Shown here: one piece after another, positions 18,782 to 28,804 of the stretch
Layout: every line of letters starts with the position of its first letter
How positions within the stretch are numbered: the stretch's first letter is position 1
Assembly: GCA_019429125.1 (NCBI GenBank)
Contig: JAHYJO010000001.1
Location: 90,065-154,064, forward strand
Length of the DNA stretch: 64,000 bases
Reading direction: 5' to 3'
Source of the DNA: Nanobdellati archaeon
GTDB taxonomy: Archaea; EX4484-52; GLR71
Translations under genes and position numbers: made by a program
Notes under the pieces: generated by a model
What the model was told of the DNA's origin: nothing
Databases searched by the model: none
What the model saw: only the letters and a program-made list of their open reading frames with translations

Positions 18782-18784
18782 TTT

Positions 18785-19920
18785 TTATTGAATTAATACA
18801 TTATTATAGGGATAGTCATAATCACTTCCAGATATATTTATCTTGTTAATCTCATTCAGGTTGTTAAGTCCATTTATCTTTATTAGGCCATCTGATATGG
18901 TATATAGAAAATCACCAATGTATAATGATCTTTTTATCGAGTATTTTGAGCCATAATAATACCAGTTGTTATTGTCTATATTTTCATCTTCATCTGAGTG
19001 GGTGATTCTGTCTCTTAATTGTATGCCGTTATTTGTGTCAATGTTGAATACGTACGCGCCTTGCCATTTATATTCACCATAAGCCCAACTAGGTATTTCA
19101 TCTTTATATTGACTTTTGTCAATTTCAGCTAAAAGTATTGGTATTACAAGCAGGTTTTTTTCTTTGTCAAACAGGAATGCTTTAGGGTCTTGTAGTGCGT
19201 ATGAATCTGTGCCACGGTCACCTATTTCAAATTTAGATATCTCTATTGGGGTATCTATGTATGTCACGTCAAAAAGCGCAATTTTTACTCCTGTATACCA
19301 TGCAAAGTCGCCAGTTTTTGATGCTATTGCTTCTTTACCTATTCCGATTATATGATTTTTATCATATGGATGAAGATAGTCTGAGGATCCTGGTATCTTT
19401 AATTTTCCTGCGACTGTCGGTTTTGTTGGGTCTTTAAGGTCTATTACAAATAATGGGTCGACTTTTTTGAATGTGACCATGTATGCTGTGTCACCCATGA
19501 ACCTTGCTGAGTATATGCTTTCACCAGGTGCTAAATCTTCTACTTTTCCTATTATATTCATTTTTTCATCAAGGACATATAGGTTGTTTATTGTAGTGGG
19601 TAGGGTTGGTCTTGATTTTACTATCTGTGTCGGTGCTATTTTTTGTGCGATTGCTATTGTTGATTCAGTGTTCGTTTGAGTATCTGTTATTGATGATGTG
19701 GATGTCATTTCTTGTTGACTATTAGATACTACAGTTGCAGTATTTAGAATTGCTGGAACCATTGTTCTTGTCTGTGTTCTAATTCCCATACTCACATTAT
19801 TTACTCTAACAGTGGTTCCTATCCTGAAATATTCGTTGTGTTCATCTATCGAAAATTGGTTGAGTGGGGTACCAGGAACTTCTCCCGAATCTTCATAGTT
19901 TATATTTCCATCCTTTATTC
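18785..19920 (-). pseudogene. 5'-truncated secreted beta-propeller protein (COG4880-like)
   Basis: Frame stays open upstream of 19795 (GEVPGTPLNQFSIDE) up to the MITE at 19921; IYSARF, VTFKKVDPLFVIDL, GKLKIPG.SDYLHP; no start codon or signal peptide. Confidence 0.8.
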
Positions 19921-20088
19921 TGCACTGTTCAAAAAGGGAGTGATTTTAAATATTTTTTAAATATTGTTTGTTTATAAACTCTGGCAGAAAACCCTTTAAT
20001 ATATACATTTCACGCAGAATTAAAAAAGAAATGAAGGTATTTAATTAACTACATTTTGTTTGAAATCACTCAAAAAATGAACTGTGCC
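19921..20088. mobile_element. MITE copy 2, 168 bp, no target duplication
   Basis: Closely similar to 4165-4332; first base is T rather than G; flanks differ from each other. Confidence 0.88.
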
Positions 20089-20157
20089 GGTTTTGTTCGG
20101 GTGTTATCCCTAAAGAATTTGGTGATTTTTTGGTTTTTAATTATAAATAAAGGTTAA

Positions 20158-20283
20158 TGCAGGGGAGGGGATTCGAACCCCCGAACTCCTACGAGAGTGG
20201 ATCTTGAGTCCACCGCCTCTTGCCGAATGATACCCCTTAATACATTTAAGGTATGTTCTTTGACCAGGCTGGGCGACCCCTGC
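20158..20283 (-). tRNA. tRNA-Leu(CAA) with a 41-nt D-loop intron (20219-20259)
   Basis: Removing the intron gives GCAGGGGTCGCCCAGCCTGGTCAAAGGCGGTGGACTCAAGATCCAC... with a long variable arm. Confidence 0.9.
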
Positions 20284-20285
20284 AT

Positions 20286-20975
20286 CTACAAATTTTCAAT
20301 CTCGGTCTTTAGTTTTGTAATCTCTGATTGTAAATTGTCAAGGTCTGCGTCAGTTGCTTGGATATTTATGGTTGACGGACTTGAAAATTCTTTTGGAGTT
20401 ACAAGATTGCTGTCAATGTTCTCTAGTTTTTCGTCAAATACATTTAACCGTGTTTCTATTTTTTCGACAGCTTCAGATTTAAGCTTTTCGGCTTTGTTTA
20501 GAAGAGAAATAGTTTCAAGCATCTTTTTCATCTCAATACGGGTGTTATGGATATCATCAGTAATCTCTACGTGCCTATCGATTTTTACAAAAAGTGCAGA
20601 ATTAGCTGCGGAGGTTGGTGCAGGAGCTCTTTGTGTCGGGACATTTGGTTTCTGTGTCTGTTCAATTGGTTGCTGAGGTCGTGGTTGTTGTGGTATCAGA
20701 TTTGATTGGGTTGGGTGAGTATGGTCCATATTCATGTTTTGTGCAAATGCTTGTGGTCTTGGTTGTGGGGGGATGTTTGATTGTGGTAATATAGACTTTG
20801 GCTGTATAGGTGGTATAGTTGTTTGTGCTCTTGGCATTTCTGGTTGTCTTTCCGGATTTTGCATATATTGTGCCTGTCCTGTTGATGTAAGTGGCTGATT
20901 TATAGGAGCATGACTGTGATCAAAATCTATTCCTATTGCCTTTTTTAGCCTTTCAATATTTTCGTTTGAAACCAT
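20286..20975 (-). CDS. Pro/Gln-rich protein with a C-terminal coiled coil
   Basis: AGGTGA RBS; low-complexity N-terminus; LFVKID followed by a coiled coil. Confidence 0.7.
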   Translation of the reverse strand: MVSNENIERLKKAIGIDFDHSHAPINQPLTSTGQAQYMQNPERQPEMPRAQTTIPPIQPKSILPQSNIPPQPRPQAFAQNMNMDHTHPTQSNLIPQQPRPQQPIEQTQKPNVPTQRAPAPTSAANSALFVKIDRHVEITDDIHNTRIEMKKMLETISLLNKAEKLKSEAVEKIETRLNVFDEKLENIDSNLVTPKEFSSPSTINIQATDADLDNLQSEITKLKTEIENL

Positions 20976-21089
20976 AAGTTCACCTTTTATTATCTTATTT
21001 ATGTTTTGCTTATATATATCTTTAATCTTTGTGCGGTTTTTATGTGCATCTGATTCAACTTATTAATATATCATTGAATAATTAATCAT

Positions 21090-23009
21090 ATGCCAGAATT
21101 GTCAAGTTTTGATTTTAAGATACTCGCTGAGGAGCTACAGTTTTTATCAGGGGGGAAGATACAGAAGATATATCATGAGGGTAAGCATCTTCATATGTCT
21201 ATCTTTGTCAAAAGCGGTGGGACTAACATGCTCATAACAGGAGATGGTAAGTTCTTTACGACACCGCATTCATTGAAACATAAGTTGCGACCGACTGGTT
21301 TTTGTATGTTTTTAAGGAAACGGCTTTCAGGGCAGTGGATTGATAGCATAAAGCAAATTGGTTTTGAACGTATAATTATTATTGAGACACAGGATTATAG
21401 GATATATCTTGAGCTTTTCAGGAATGGTAATACTATAATAACTGACAAAAATGATAAGATTGTGTCTGTCATGTCTGTGCAGATATGGAAAGACAGGGTG
21501 CTTAAGGCAAATGAGATATATAAGATGCCACCTGTGTCAATTGATATTTTGGGTTTAAATATTGATAGTTTTTCACTTGTATTGTCAAAGTCATCAAAGA
21601 ATATCATATCGTTTCTTGCGCGTGATATGAGTCTTGGGGGTAACTATGCAGAGGAAGTGCTTACTGATGCGAAAATGGACAAGGATTTGATTGCAAAAAA
21701 GTTAGATGCCACACAGACTAAAAAGATATTTAAGGCAATGTCTTCTCTTTTCAAAAGAAAAAAAGAACCTCGTCTTGTCCTTGAAAAAGAGAAGTATTTG
21801 GACATGTCATCTTTTTCTTTGGTTAAATATGTAAATTATGAAACTAAAATGTTTGACACTCTAAATGAGGTAGCAAGTGAGTTTTATGTGTCACAGATGG
21901 AACTTGAGGATGAGAAAGAGACTACAATAAAAACAGATAAGGTGATGGGGTCTCTTGAACACAGGTTAAAGACACAGGATGATGCTCTTTTGACTGTCAA
22001 CAAAAATATTGAGGATTCTACCCGAAAAGCTGAGATGATATATTCTAATTATAATGTACTGGATGAGATGATTAGGCAGGTAAATGAAGCATGCAGTCTG
22101 AAAGGCTGGGACTTTGTGCAGAAAACTATCAGGTCTGGCAAGATTGACAAGATAAAAAGTATCGATATGAAAAACAAGATAATGGTCGTTGATTTTGGCG
22201 AGAAACTGAATATATATCTTGAAAAGCCATTGAACTATAGCGCTGAAGTATATTACCAAAAAGCAAAAAGGTCAAAGCAGAAGATACCAGGCATTCAAAA
22301 ATCTATGGGTCTGACTAAAGACAAGATTGAAAAATCTGAAGTAGAGACGGTTAAAAAACATAAACCTAATGTTAAAAGAGTGCTGAAGAAGAAAGAATGG
22401 TTTGATAAGTTCCGGTCTTTTACGTCATCCACTGGTTTTCTTGTGCTCGGTGGGAAAGATGCGACTACAAATGAGATATTGGTCAAGAAACACACAGATG
22501 CAGAAGACATAATATTTCATGCAGACATTGCGGGGTCATCATTTGTCGTCATAAAATCCGACGGTAAAAAGGTTGATGATACTACAATTTCTGAGGCTGC
22601 GCAGTTTGCGGGGTCATATTCTAAGGCGTGGAAGATGAAGGCAGGGACGGTTGATGTATTCTGGGTTGCGCCTGAGCAGGTGTCTAAACAGGCACCTACT
22701 GGTGAATATATTCAGAAGGGGTCGTTTATGGTGCGTGGCAAGAAAAACTGGGGGAAACCCGAATTGCGCGTTGCATTTGCGTTGATTGGGGATGAGCTTG
22801 TATGTGCACCTGTCGTTACAGTATCATCAAAAACTAAGAAATATGTTGCTATTGCGCCTGGGTACAAAAAATCAAAAGAGTTGGCGAAAGAGATAAGGAC
22901 AAAACTATTTTTAGTCTGTTCAAAGGCTGAGCAGGAAATATTGAGAGAGATATCTGTTGATGATATACAGAAACATATACCTGCCGGAACTGGGGAAATA
23001 TTGAAATAG
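21090..23009 (+). CDS. rqcH: Ribosome quality control Rqc2/NEMF homolog
   Basis: FCMFLRKRL, ELFRNGN, WFDKFRSF, GGKDATTNE, FHADIAG, KGSFMVRG. Confidence 0.92.
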   Translation: MPELSSFDFKILAEELQFLSGGKIQKIYHEGKHLHMSIFVKSGGTNMLITGDGKFFTTPHSLKHKLRPTGFCMFLRKRLSGQWIDSIKQIGFERIIIIETQDYRIYLELFRNGNTIITDKNDKIVSVMSVQIWKDRVLKANEIYKMPPVSIDILGLNIDSFSLVLSKSSKNIISFLARDMSLGGNYAEEVLTDAKMDKDLIAKKLDATQTKKIFKAMSSLFKRKKEPRLVLEKEKYLDMSSFSLVKYVNYETKMFDTLNEVASEFYVSQMELEDEKETTIKTDKVMGSLEHRLKTQDDALLTVNKNIEDSTRKAEMIYSNYNVLDEMIRQVNEACSLKGWDFVQKTIRSGKIDKIKSIDMKNKIMVVDFGEKLNIYLEKPLNYSAEVYYQKAKRSKQKIPGIQKSMGLTKDKIEKSEVETVKKHKPNVKRVLKKKEWFDKFRSFTSSTGFLVLGGKDATTNEILVKKHTDAEDIIFHADIAGSSFVVIKSDGKKVDDTTISEAAQFAGSYSKAWKMKAGTVDVFWVAPEQVSKQAPTGEYIQKGSFMVRGKKNWGKPELRVAFALIGDELVCAPVVTVSSKTKKYVAIAPGYKKSKELAKEIRTKLFLVCSKAEQEILREISVDDIQKHIPAGTGEILK

Positions 23010-23068
23010 TCGGTTTGATAGGTATTTCAAAGGCTATTTATTTAAAGTTTTCATTCTATAGTGGTAGT

Positions 23069-23581
23069 ATGTCTTTGCTTGAAAACTATTATCTTTCAAA
23101 AGATGAAATTGTGATTAATGAGGTGAAAGGAGGTAGTAGTTATCATTTTTTATTTCCTGTATTGCCTGAATTTTTACCTTTTGAAGTTGCACTTTATGGT
23201 GCTTTAGACAGAAATCTCTATATTTCTGATGATGATTTTTATGTTGATCTTAATTCTGATGCGATTTTTGAGTTTTTTGGTAATGGTTTTCTGAAGAACC
23301 TATATCTTAAAAAGGATTGTGGTGTGATATTTTCATCATATAATTCTAATTGTTGTCTTTATAGTAAGAATAATTTTAATATGTCTGAAGAAAAATTTAA
23401 TCTGTTTTTTAGGGATATGCAACATATTGGTGAGGTGGTTATCGGTAAAGGGTCTGTATTTGAGACTAAGAATGTTTCTGATTATGGGACTGCGTGTATT
23501 TTGCGCGATTATTTGTGTCAGTTACATAATAAGGCAGTTAATCTTATTTTTGAGTCTTATCTTTCCCAAGACGTTCTTTGA
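23069..23581 (+). CDS. Hypothetical protein
   Basis: Open frame (track start 23015; ATG at 23069); 3' end overlaps dys. Confidence 0.5.
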   Translation: MSLLENYYLSKDEIVINEVKGGSSYHFLFPVLPEFLPFEVALYGALDRNLYISDDDFYVDLNSDAIFEFFGNGFLKNLYLKKDCGVIFSSYNSNCCLYSKNNFNMSEEKFNLFFRDMQHIGEVVIGKGSVFETKNVSDYGTACILRDYLCQLHNKAVNLIFESYLSQDVL

Positions 23582-24524
23582 TTGCTGCGCTCAATAATGG
23601 TAGTGCTATTGTTGCATCACAGGTCACATTAACATATTTCGCTTTCTTGTCAAGTTTTCCCCAGGATATTCCTTCTCGTAGTTCTGCACCTGATGAACCG
23701 CCTGATTCTGGTCTGTCAGTTGTTATCTGGATTGCATATGATGCGGCTGTTGGTGCAAATTGAAGCGCTTGCTGGATATAATTTTTTGGTACACCTCCGC
23801 CTATGTATAATACACCGTTTGTCTCTGAAGTCCAGGTTATGTCTATCATGTCTTTTAGGTCATCAAATGCGGAAACGTCAATCTTATTGTCTTGCATGTA
23901 ACCCCATACTTGAAGACCTATACCTGAATCGCTTAGTGCGGGGCAGAAGATAGGAATTTTTTTGTCTGCGCAAACTTTCAGTATTGAATTTTCGTAAGGT
24001 ACTTCTTTTCCTAGGAGCCAAAGGAACTCTTTTATGTTCATTTTCTCTTTTGGCATCTTGGCGAATGTTTTTTTGCAGAATTTTTCAAGGCCTTCATAGA
24101 CTTCATCAGGCATGAATGCGTCATAGATTCTGTCTACTCGTATCTTGTTTAGTTCTTCGTCGCTTATCATGTGTGTGCCTTGATAATGATGGTATCCTAG
24201 AGCTTCTACAAGGTCATGGGTTAGGTTTGCGCCTGTCGTTACGATGACATCTACCCAACCGTCTTTTAGCATGTCTATGATTATCTGTTTCTGGCCACCG
24301 GGTACCATTGCACCTGCTAGACCCAAAAATACTGTGCATTTCTTGTTTTTTATCATAATTTCCATTATGTTTGCAGCTTTGGCTATTGTGCCTGCGCCCA
24401 TGACACCTGATTTATCCATCTGGTCTACAAGCTCGTTGCAGGTCATGTTTTTTTTTGTTTGTATCTGATGAACTTTCTCAAGGTCTTTGTGCATATTCTT
24501 GTGCATATATATCACTTGAAACAA
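23544..24524 (-). CDS. dys: Deoxyhypusine synthase
   Basis: TTGANLTHD, CPALSDS, GGGVPKN, GGSSGA..EGISWGK, DATIALPL. Confidence 0.93.
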   Translation of the reverse strand: MFQVIYMHKNMHKDLEKVHQIQTKKNMTCNELVDQMDKSGVMGAGTIAKAANIMEIMIKNKKCTVFLGLAGAMVPGGQKQIIIDMLKDGWVDVIVTTGANLTHDLVEALGYHHYQGTHMISDEELNKIRVDRIYDAFMPDEVYEGLEKFCKKTFAKMPKEKMNIKEFLWLLGKEVPYENSILKVCADKKIPIFCPALSDSGIGLQVWGYMQDNKIDVSAFDDLKDMIDITWTSETNGVLYIGGGVPKNYIQQALQFAPTAASYAIQITTDRPESGGSSGAELREGISWGKLDKKAKYVNVTCDATIALPLLSAAIKERLGKDKTQK

Positions 24525-24591
24525 TATCTATAAGTATTATAGATGTTCTATATGTATATAAATGTTAAAAATATTATAAAGGTAATATGTT

Positions 24592-25194
24592 ATGTCAATT
24601 CTTAATAATCTCAGCAAAAGGTATCGTGAACAGAAAAATCTTATAGATGAGGGTAAATCTAGAAATCCTGAATATGTCCTTAAAAATATTGAGGCTGTGC
24701 TTGAGAATGCAAGGTCTTTTCGAAATCTAAACAGGCCACAGGCGATAAAACTCTCAAATAAGGCGATAGATGATTGTGATGTGGCACTTGTGCTGTATAG
24801 GCAAAAAGACAATATTGATATGATATTTGAGATAAATGCTCTCAAAAGTGAGATACAGGCATTTTTGACTAATTTTTCTGTTGAGGAGATAGACCGGGCA
24901 CTGCATAAGTCTGATGGTGATAATTATCTTGATGAGGCACGGCAGAAGTTTATCCTTGCACAAAAGATGAAGAATATCAGACGTGTTGAGTCAATAACTT
25001 ATGCGCTTGGGTCTATTTCTCGGTATGATGATGCGCTTATTTTTTTCAAACAGGAAAGTATCCCACGCAAGGATATTGCTGAGGCTGAAAAAAACGGAGT
25101 TCTTGAATTCTTGCAATTGTTTACGGAGGATGAGATTGCCGATGCAAAAAAGCTTGTGCTTAAGAATAAGGATTCTGATTTGTCTGATTTTTAG
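24592..25194 (+). CDS. Hypothetical helical protein with an internal duplication
   Basis: Two similar halves ending FLTNFSVEEIDRA and FLQLFTEDEIADA. Confidence 0.6.
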   Translation: MSILNNLSKRYREQKNLIDEGKSRNPEYVLKNIEAVLENARSFRNLNRPQAIKLSNKAIDDCDVALVLYRQKDNIDMIFEINALKSEIQAFLTNFSVEEIDRALHKSDGDNYLDEARQKFILAQKMKNIRRVESITYALGSISRYDDALIFFKQESIPRKDIAEAEKNGVLEFLQLFTEDEIADAKKLVLKNKDSDLSDF

Positions 25195-25197
25195 GGA

Positions 25198-25300
25198 TTA
25201 CGGGACTCCGTAAGGTTTTGTATTATTTTCTTACGGAAAAGCGTAAGGTTTTTGAATCAAAGTTTACGGAAAAGCGTAAAGTTTAGGATTTTTATATATA
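25198..25300 (+). promoter_or_regulatory. Three TTACG-N6-CGTAA palindromes at 33-bp spacing plus a TATA box
   Basis: Sites at 25198, 25231 and 25264; tttatatata near 25291. Confidence 0.75.
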
Positions 25301-25336
25301 TAGATTGTGCATAAATAAATTATATTGGTAATTATT

Positions 25337-26155
25337 ATGAATAAAAAGATGATGCTTCTATTTTCGTTATTTGTTCTATCTTTTGTCTTTATTTCTGGGA
25401 CAGTTTATGCTTTTAGTTTTGGTGATGTGTATTCTGTCTTATTCGGGTCAGTCTTGTCAGTTTTTGATACTTCTGATACTGTTCCTGTCATAAATGCTGC
25501 ATATCTTGATAAGCAGAAGTATATGCCCGGTGAGCAGATGATTGTGACTGCGTCAGTTTCAGGTGCAAAATATGTCAAGGCATATATTGAGACTGATGTC
25601 GGTGTTGATGAGGTTGACATGGTTTTAGTTACAGGTACAAAAGAAGATGGTACCTGGCAGGTTGCGTGGACGTTGCATGATACTGTTACTAAAGAATATT
25701 TTACAAAGATTGTGGCTGTTTCAAAAGATGATATTGAGGATGAAAAAGTTCTTATTTGGGCTGATCCTACAGTGAGTCATTCATGGGATGAAACTGTATG
25801 TGATAATAATTTATGTGTGGATACAATTAATAATCGTATTGGGATTGGGATTACTACACCTATTGAAACATTAGATGTTGTTGGAAATATTAAAATCAAA
25901 GATGGTACTCAGGCGGATGGAAAAGTTTTAACTTCTGATGCTGATGGATTGGCTAGTTGGCAAGAGGTGAGTGGGGGGGTAATTCCTTCTATGATTGTTG
26001 CTTTAGCAAATGTGACTTGTGATACACGATGTGCAAATGTTGGAAAAACTTGTTGGGGTGCATTTGAGACAAATGGTATTCCTCAGACGTACCCAATTTC
26101 TTGTTCATATTCTATGAATCCAACAAGCTTTATTCTATCTTGTTTTTGTTATTAA
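25337..26155 (+). CDS. Secreted protein with a tail-fibre-like repeat and a Cys-rich tip
   Basis: Signal peptide; NRIGIGITTPIETLDVVGNIKIKDGTQADGKVLTSDADGLASW; C-terminal CDTRC..C..C..CFC. Confidence 0.7.
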   Translation: MNKKMMLLFSLFVLSFVFISGTVYAFSFGDVYSVLFGSVLSVFDTSDTVPVINAAYLDKQKYMPGEQMIVTASVSGAKYVKAYIETDVGVDEVDMVLVTGTKEDGTWQVAWTLHDTVTKEYFTKIVAVSKDDIEDEKVLIWADPTVSHSWDETVCDNNLCVDTINNRIGIGITTPIETLDVVGNIKIKDGTQADGKVLTSDADGLASWQEVSGGVIPSMIVALANVTCDTRCANVGKTCWGAFETNGIPQTYPISCSYSMNPTSFILSCFCY

Positions 26156-26390
26156 AATATATTAATTTTCATAAGAACCAAACCAATTTGTTATTTTGTC
26201 TATTATCTATCGCAATGGAAAAATTATATTGGTTTTTTGTTTGTTGTAGTAGGTATTTAACAGGCAATAAATTTATTGTGTATCGAACCGGGTTGAAATA
26301 GGTTCCTTTTAATTGTATACTTATTTTGGGTTTTATTCAGTTCGAATATTTGATTTTGGGCAATATCTTTTATTTTTAATCTGTTAAATC

Positions 26391-28739
26391 TTGTCTATGC
26401 AACTTGATGAAATCTCGTCTAAATATCCAGTTCTTGAACCAGTCATTAAGATAATAAAAGAAAAGGAAGGTATTACATCTCTTTTTCCGCCACAGGCTGA
26501 TGCGGTTCGTGCAGGATATCTTGACGGGAAAAATATGCTTCTTGCAATTCCTACTAGTGCGGGCAAGACTTTAGTTTCTGAGCTTGCAGCGCTTAAAGTA
26601 GTTCTTGAAACGCGCAAGAAAGTGCTTTATCTGGTGCCACTTAAGGCGCTAGCTATGGAGAAATATCATGATTTCAAAGAAAAATATGAGTCAATCTGTG
26701 TCAAGACGGCGGTTAGTATCGGCAATTTTGATGGACGTGACCAATGGCTCTCTGAGTTTGATATAATTGTGACTTCAGTTGAAAAGGCGGATAGTCTCTT
26801 ACGGCACAAGGCGGAATGGTTTTCTGATATTGGTCTTGTGATAGCTGATGAGGTGCATCTTTTGGATGATCCGTCTCGTGGTCCGACATTAGAGATTGTG
26901 CTTACGCGAATTAATGAGATTGCGTCTGCGCAGGTGATAGCGCTTTCGGCTACTATAAACAATCGTCGTGAGCTTGCAGATTGGCTCAATGCTATTCTTG
27001 TTGAATCGGATTTCAGGCCGACTGTGCTTCATGAGGGGTATGTTTCAGAGGGTAAGGTTGTTTTTTCAGGTAATACAAGACCGTCTTTTTCATTGCCTAA
27101 AGTCTCAGACACACTTGATGCAGTCATTTCTAAAGTTGCAGAGGACAATAAGCAAGGGATTATTTTTGTGTCATCTAAAAAGAGTGCGGAAAAAGTTTCT
27201 GAAGATATTGCTAAGATAATTGTTAAAGTTTTGTCTGCGACTGAAAAGATTAAGCTTTTGGAACTTTCAGAATCAATATTGCGTTGTGTGTCAAGTCCGA
27301 CAACTCAATGCAGGCGGCTTGCGCGTGTGGTTAAAAGTGGTTCTGCATTTCATCATAGTGGTCTTATTCATAGCCAGAAAGCGCTTGTTGAAGATGCGTT
27401 TAGGTCGGGCATATTGAAATTTGTGTCTGCGACAACTACGCTGGCTTATGGTATGAATCTTCCTTGTGATTATGTCATTATGCGCGATGTCAAGAGATTT
27501 TATGGAACTCGTGGGTATGATTACATACCTGTGTTGGAATATAAGCAGTGTGTAGGTCGTGCGGGTCGTGCCAAGTATTCAAAAGAGGGTAGTTCGGTCA
27601 TTATTACAAAAAATTCTGATGATGCCCGCGAGTTTGAAAAGATATTTATTAATGGGCTTCCTGAAAATATTTATTCTAAATTGTCTCTTGAGCCTGTTCT
27701 TCGTATTCATCTATTAAGCCTTATCGCAACAGGGCATGTGAAGATGGTGTCTGATCTTGAGGCGTTTATCTCAAAGACGTTTTATGCGCATCAGTTTAAG
27801 GATCTTCGCGAGCTTTTCTTAAAGATTGAGGCTATGATGGATATGCTTTCTGAGTTTGGTATGGTTAAATCTTTTGATGGTAAACTTATCGCTACACCTT
27901 TCGGGCTTCGTGTTGCTGAGCTTTATATTGATCCTTTGACTGCGGATATGTTTGCGCGAGCTATAAAGCAGTCATTTGTGATTGCTGATAATATGGATTC
28001 GTTAGGTACGGTATCTAAAGATAAAGTTGTTGATAAGGTGGATGTATTGGGTTTTGTATCAGGGGCAAAGATTCTTGAAGAGAAGTCAAAAGTTCTTAAT
28101 AATTTTAGCATATTTAATCTTCTGTCGCAGGCGCTTGAGTTAAGACCTGCGGTTCGCGCTAAAAAGGCTGATGTTGAAATGCTGGAAGAAGTTGTCAGTT
28201 CCTGTTCAAAAAATATATTGGTTAATGTGCCATCGCAATGGGACTGGGAACGGAAGGCATTTTTGGATTCTGTTAAGACTGCGCTTCTTTTTGATGCGTG
28301 GATAAAAGAGAATACTGAAGATTTCATCTGCAAGCATTATTATGTTACTCCTGGTGAATTTAAGATTAAGCTTGATAATGCTGACTGGTTGCTTTATTCA
28401 ATTTGTGAATTTTCTAAGCTTTTTGAGTTGAAAGATGTTTTTAGGGTTGTCAGTCGTCTTCGGGTGCAGCTTAAAAATGGTGTGTCTTCTGAGTTATTGA
28501 AACTTGTTGTTGTGAAAGGGATTGGTAGGGTTCGGGCTCGCGCTCTTTATGATAAGGGTTTCAGGTCGGCGTCAGATGTTCGTGGTGGAGATGTTTCTGT
28601 TCTTGAGAAGATTGTAGGCAAGAAGACTGCGATGAAGCTGAAAGGGTTGAATGTTGATGGGGTTGGTGATGATGAACAAAAGGTTGTGTTAAAGTCTGCT
28701 AAAAATAAAGGTTTGCAAAAAAGTCTTTCTGATTTTTGA
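26391..28739 (+). CDS. hel308: Ski2-like DNA helicase Hel308
   Basis: PTSAGKT, DEVH, SAT, FHHSGL, GRAGR, GIGRVRARALY. Confidence 0.93.
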   Translation: MSMQLDEISSKYPVLEPVIKIIKEKEGITSLFPPQADAVRAGYLDGKNMLLAIPTSAGKTLVSELAALKVVLETRKKVLYLVPLKALAMEKYHDFKEKYESICVKTAVSIGNFDGRDQWLSEFDIIVTSVEKADSLLRHKAEWFSDIGLVIADEVHLLDDPSRGPTLEIVLTRINEIASAQVIALSATINNRRELADWLNAILVESDFRPTVLHEGYVSEGKVVFSGNTRPSFSLPKVSDTLDAVISKVAEDNKQGIIFVSSKKSAEKVSEDIAKIIVKVLSATEKIKLLELSESILRCVSSPTTQCRRLARVVKSGSAFHHSGLIHSQKALVEDAFRSGILKFVSATTTLAYGMNLPCDYVIMRDVKRFYGTRGYDYIPVLEYKQCVGRAGRAKYSKEGSSVIITKNSDDAREFEKIFINGLPENIYSKLSLEPVLRIHLLSLIATGHVKMVSDLEAFISKTFYAHQFKDLRELFLKIEAMMDMLSEFGMVKSFDGKLIATPFGLRVAELYIDPLTADMFARAIKQSFVIADNMDSLGTVSKDKVVDKVDVLGFVSGAKILEEKSKVLNNFSIFNLLSQALELRPAVRAKKADVEMLEEVVSSCSKNILVNVPSQWDWERKAFLDSVKTALLFDAWIKENTEDFICKHYYVTPGEFKIKLDNADWLLYSICEFSKLFELKDVFRVVSRLRVQLKNGVSSELLKLVVVKGIGRVRARALYDKGFRSASDVRGGDVSVLEKIVGKKTAMKLKGLNVDGVGDDEQKVVLKSAKNKGLQKSLSDF

Positions 28740-28804
28740 GCGTTTTTATTCTGTTTGAAATGAAATATATATATCAATTCGAATTAAATGTATAATAGAG
28801 AATT

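Noticed and set aside
20197-20676. 159-aa plus-strand ORF
   Set aside because: Antisense shadow overlapping tRNA-Leu and a real minus-strand gene.
25198-25279. Possible mini-CRISPR array
   Set aside because: Repeats are 16 bp with 17-bp gaps, too short for CRISPR; no cas genes; the array abuts a TATA box.
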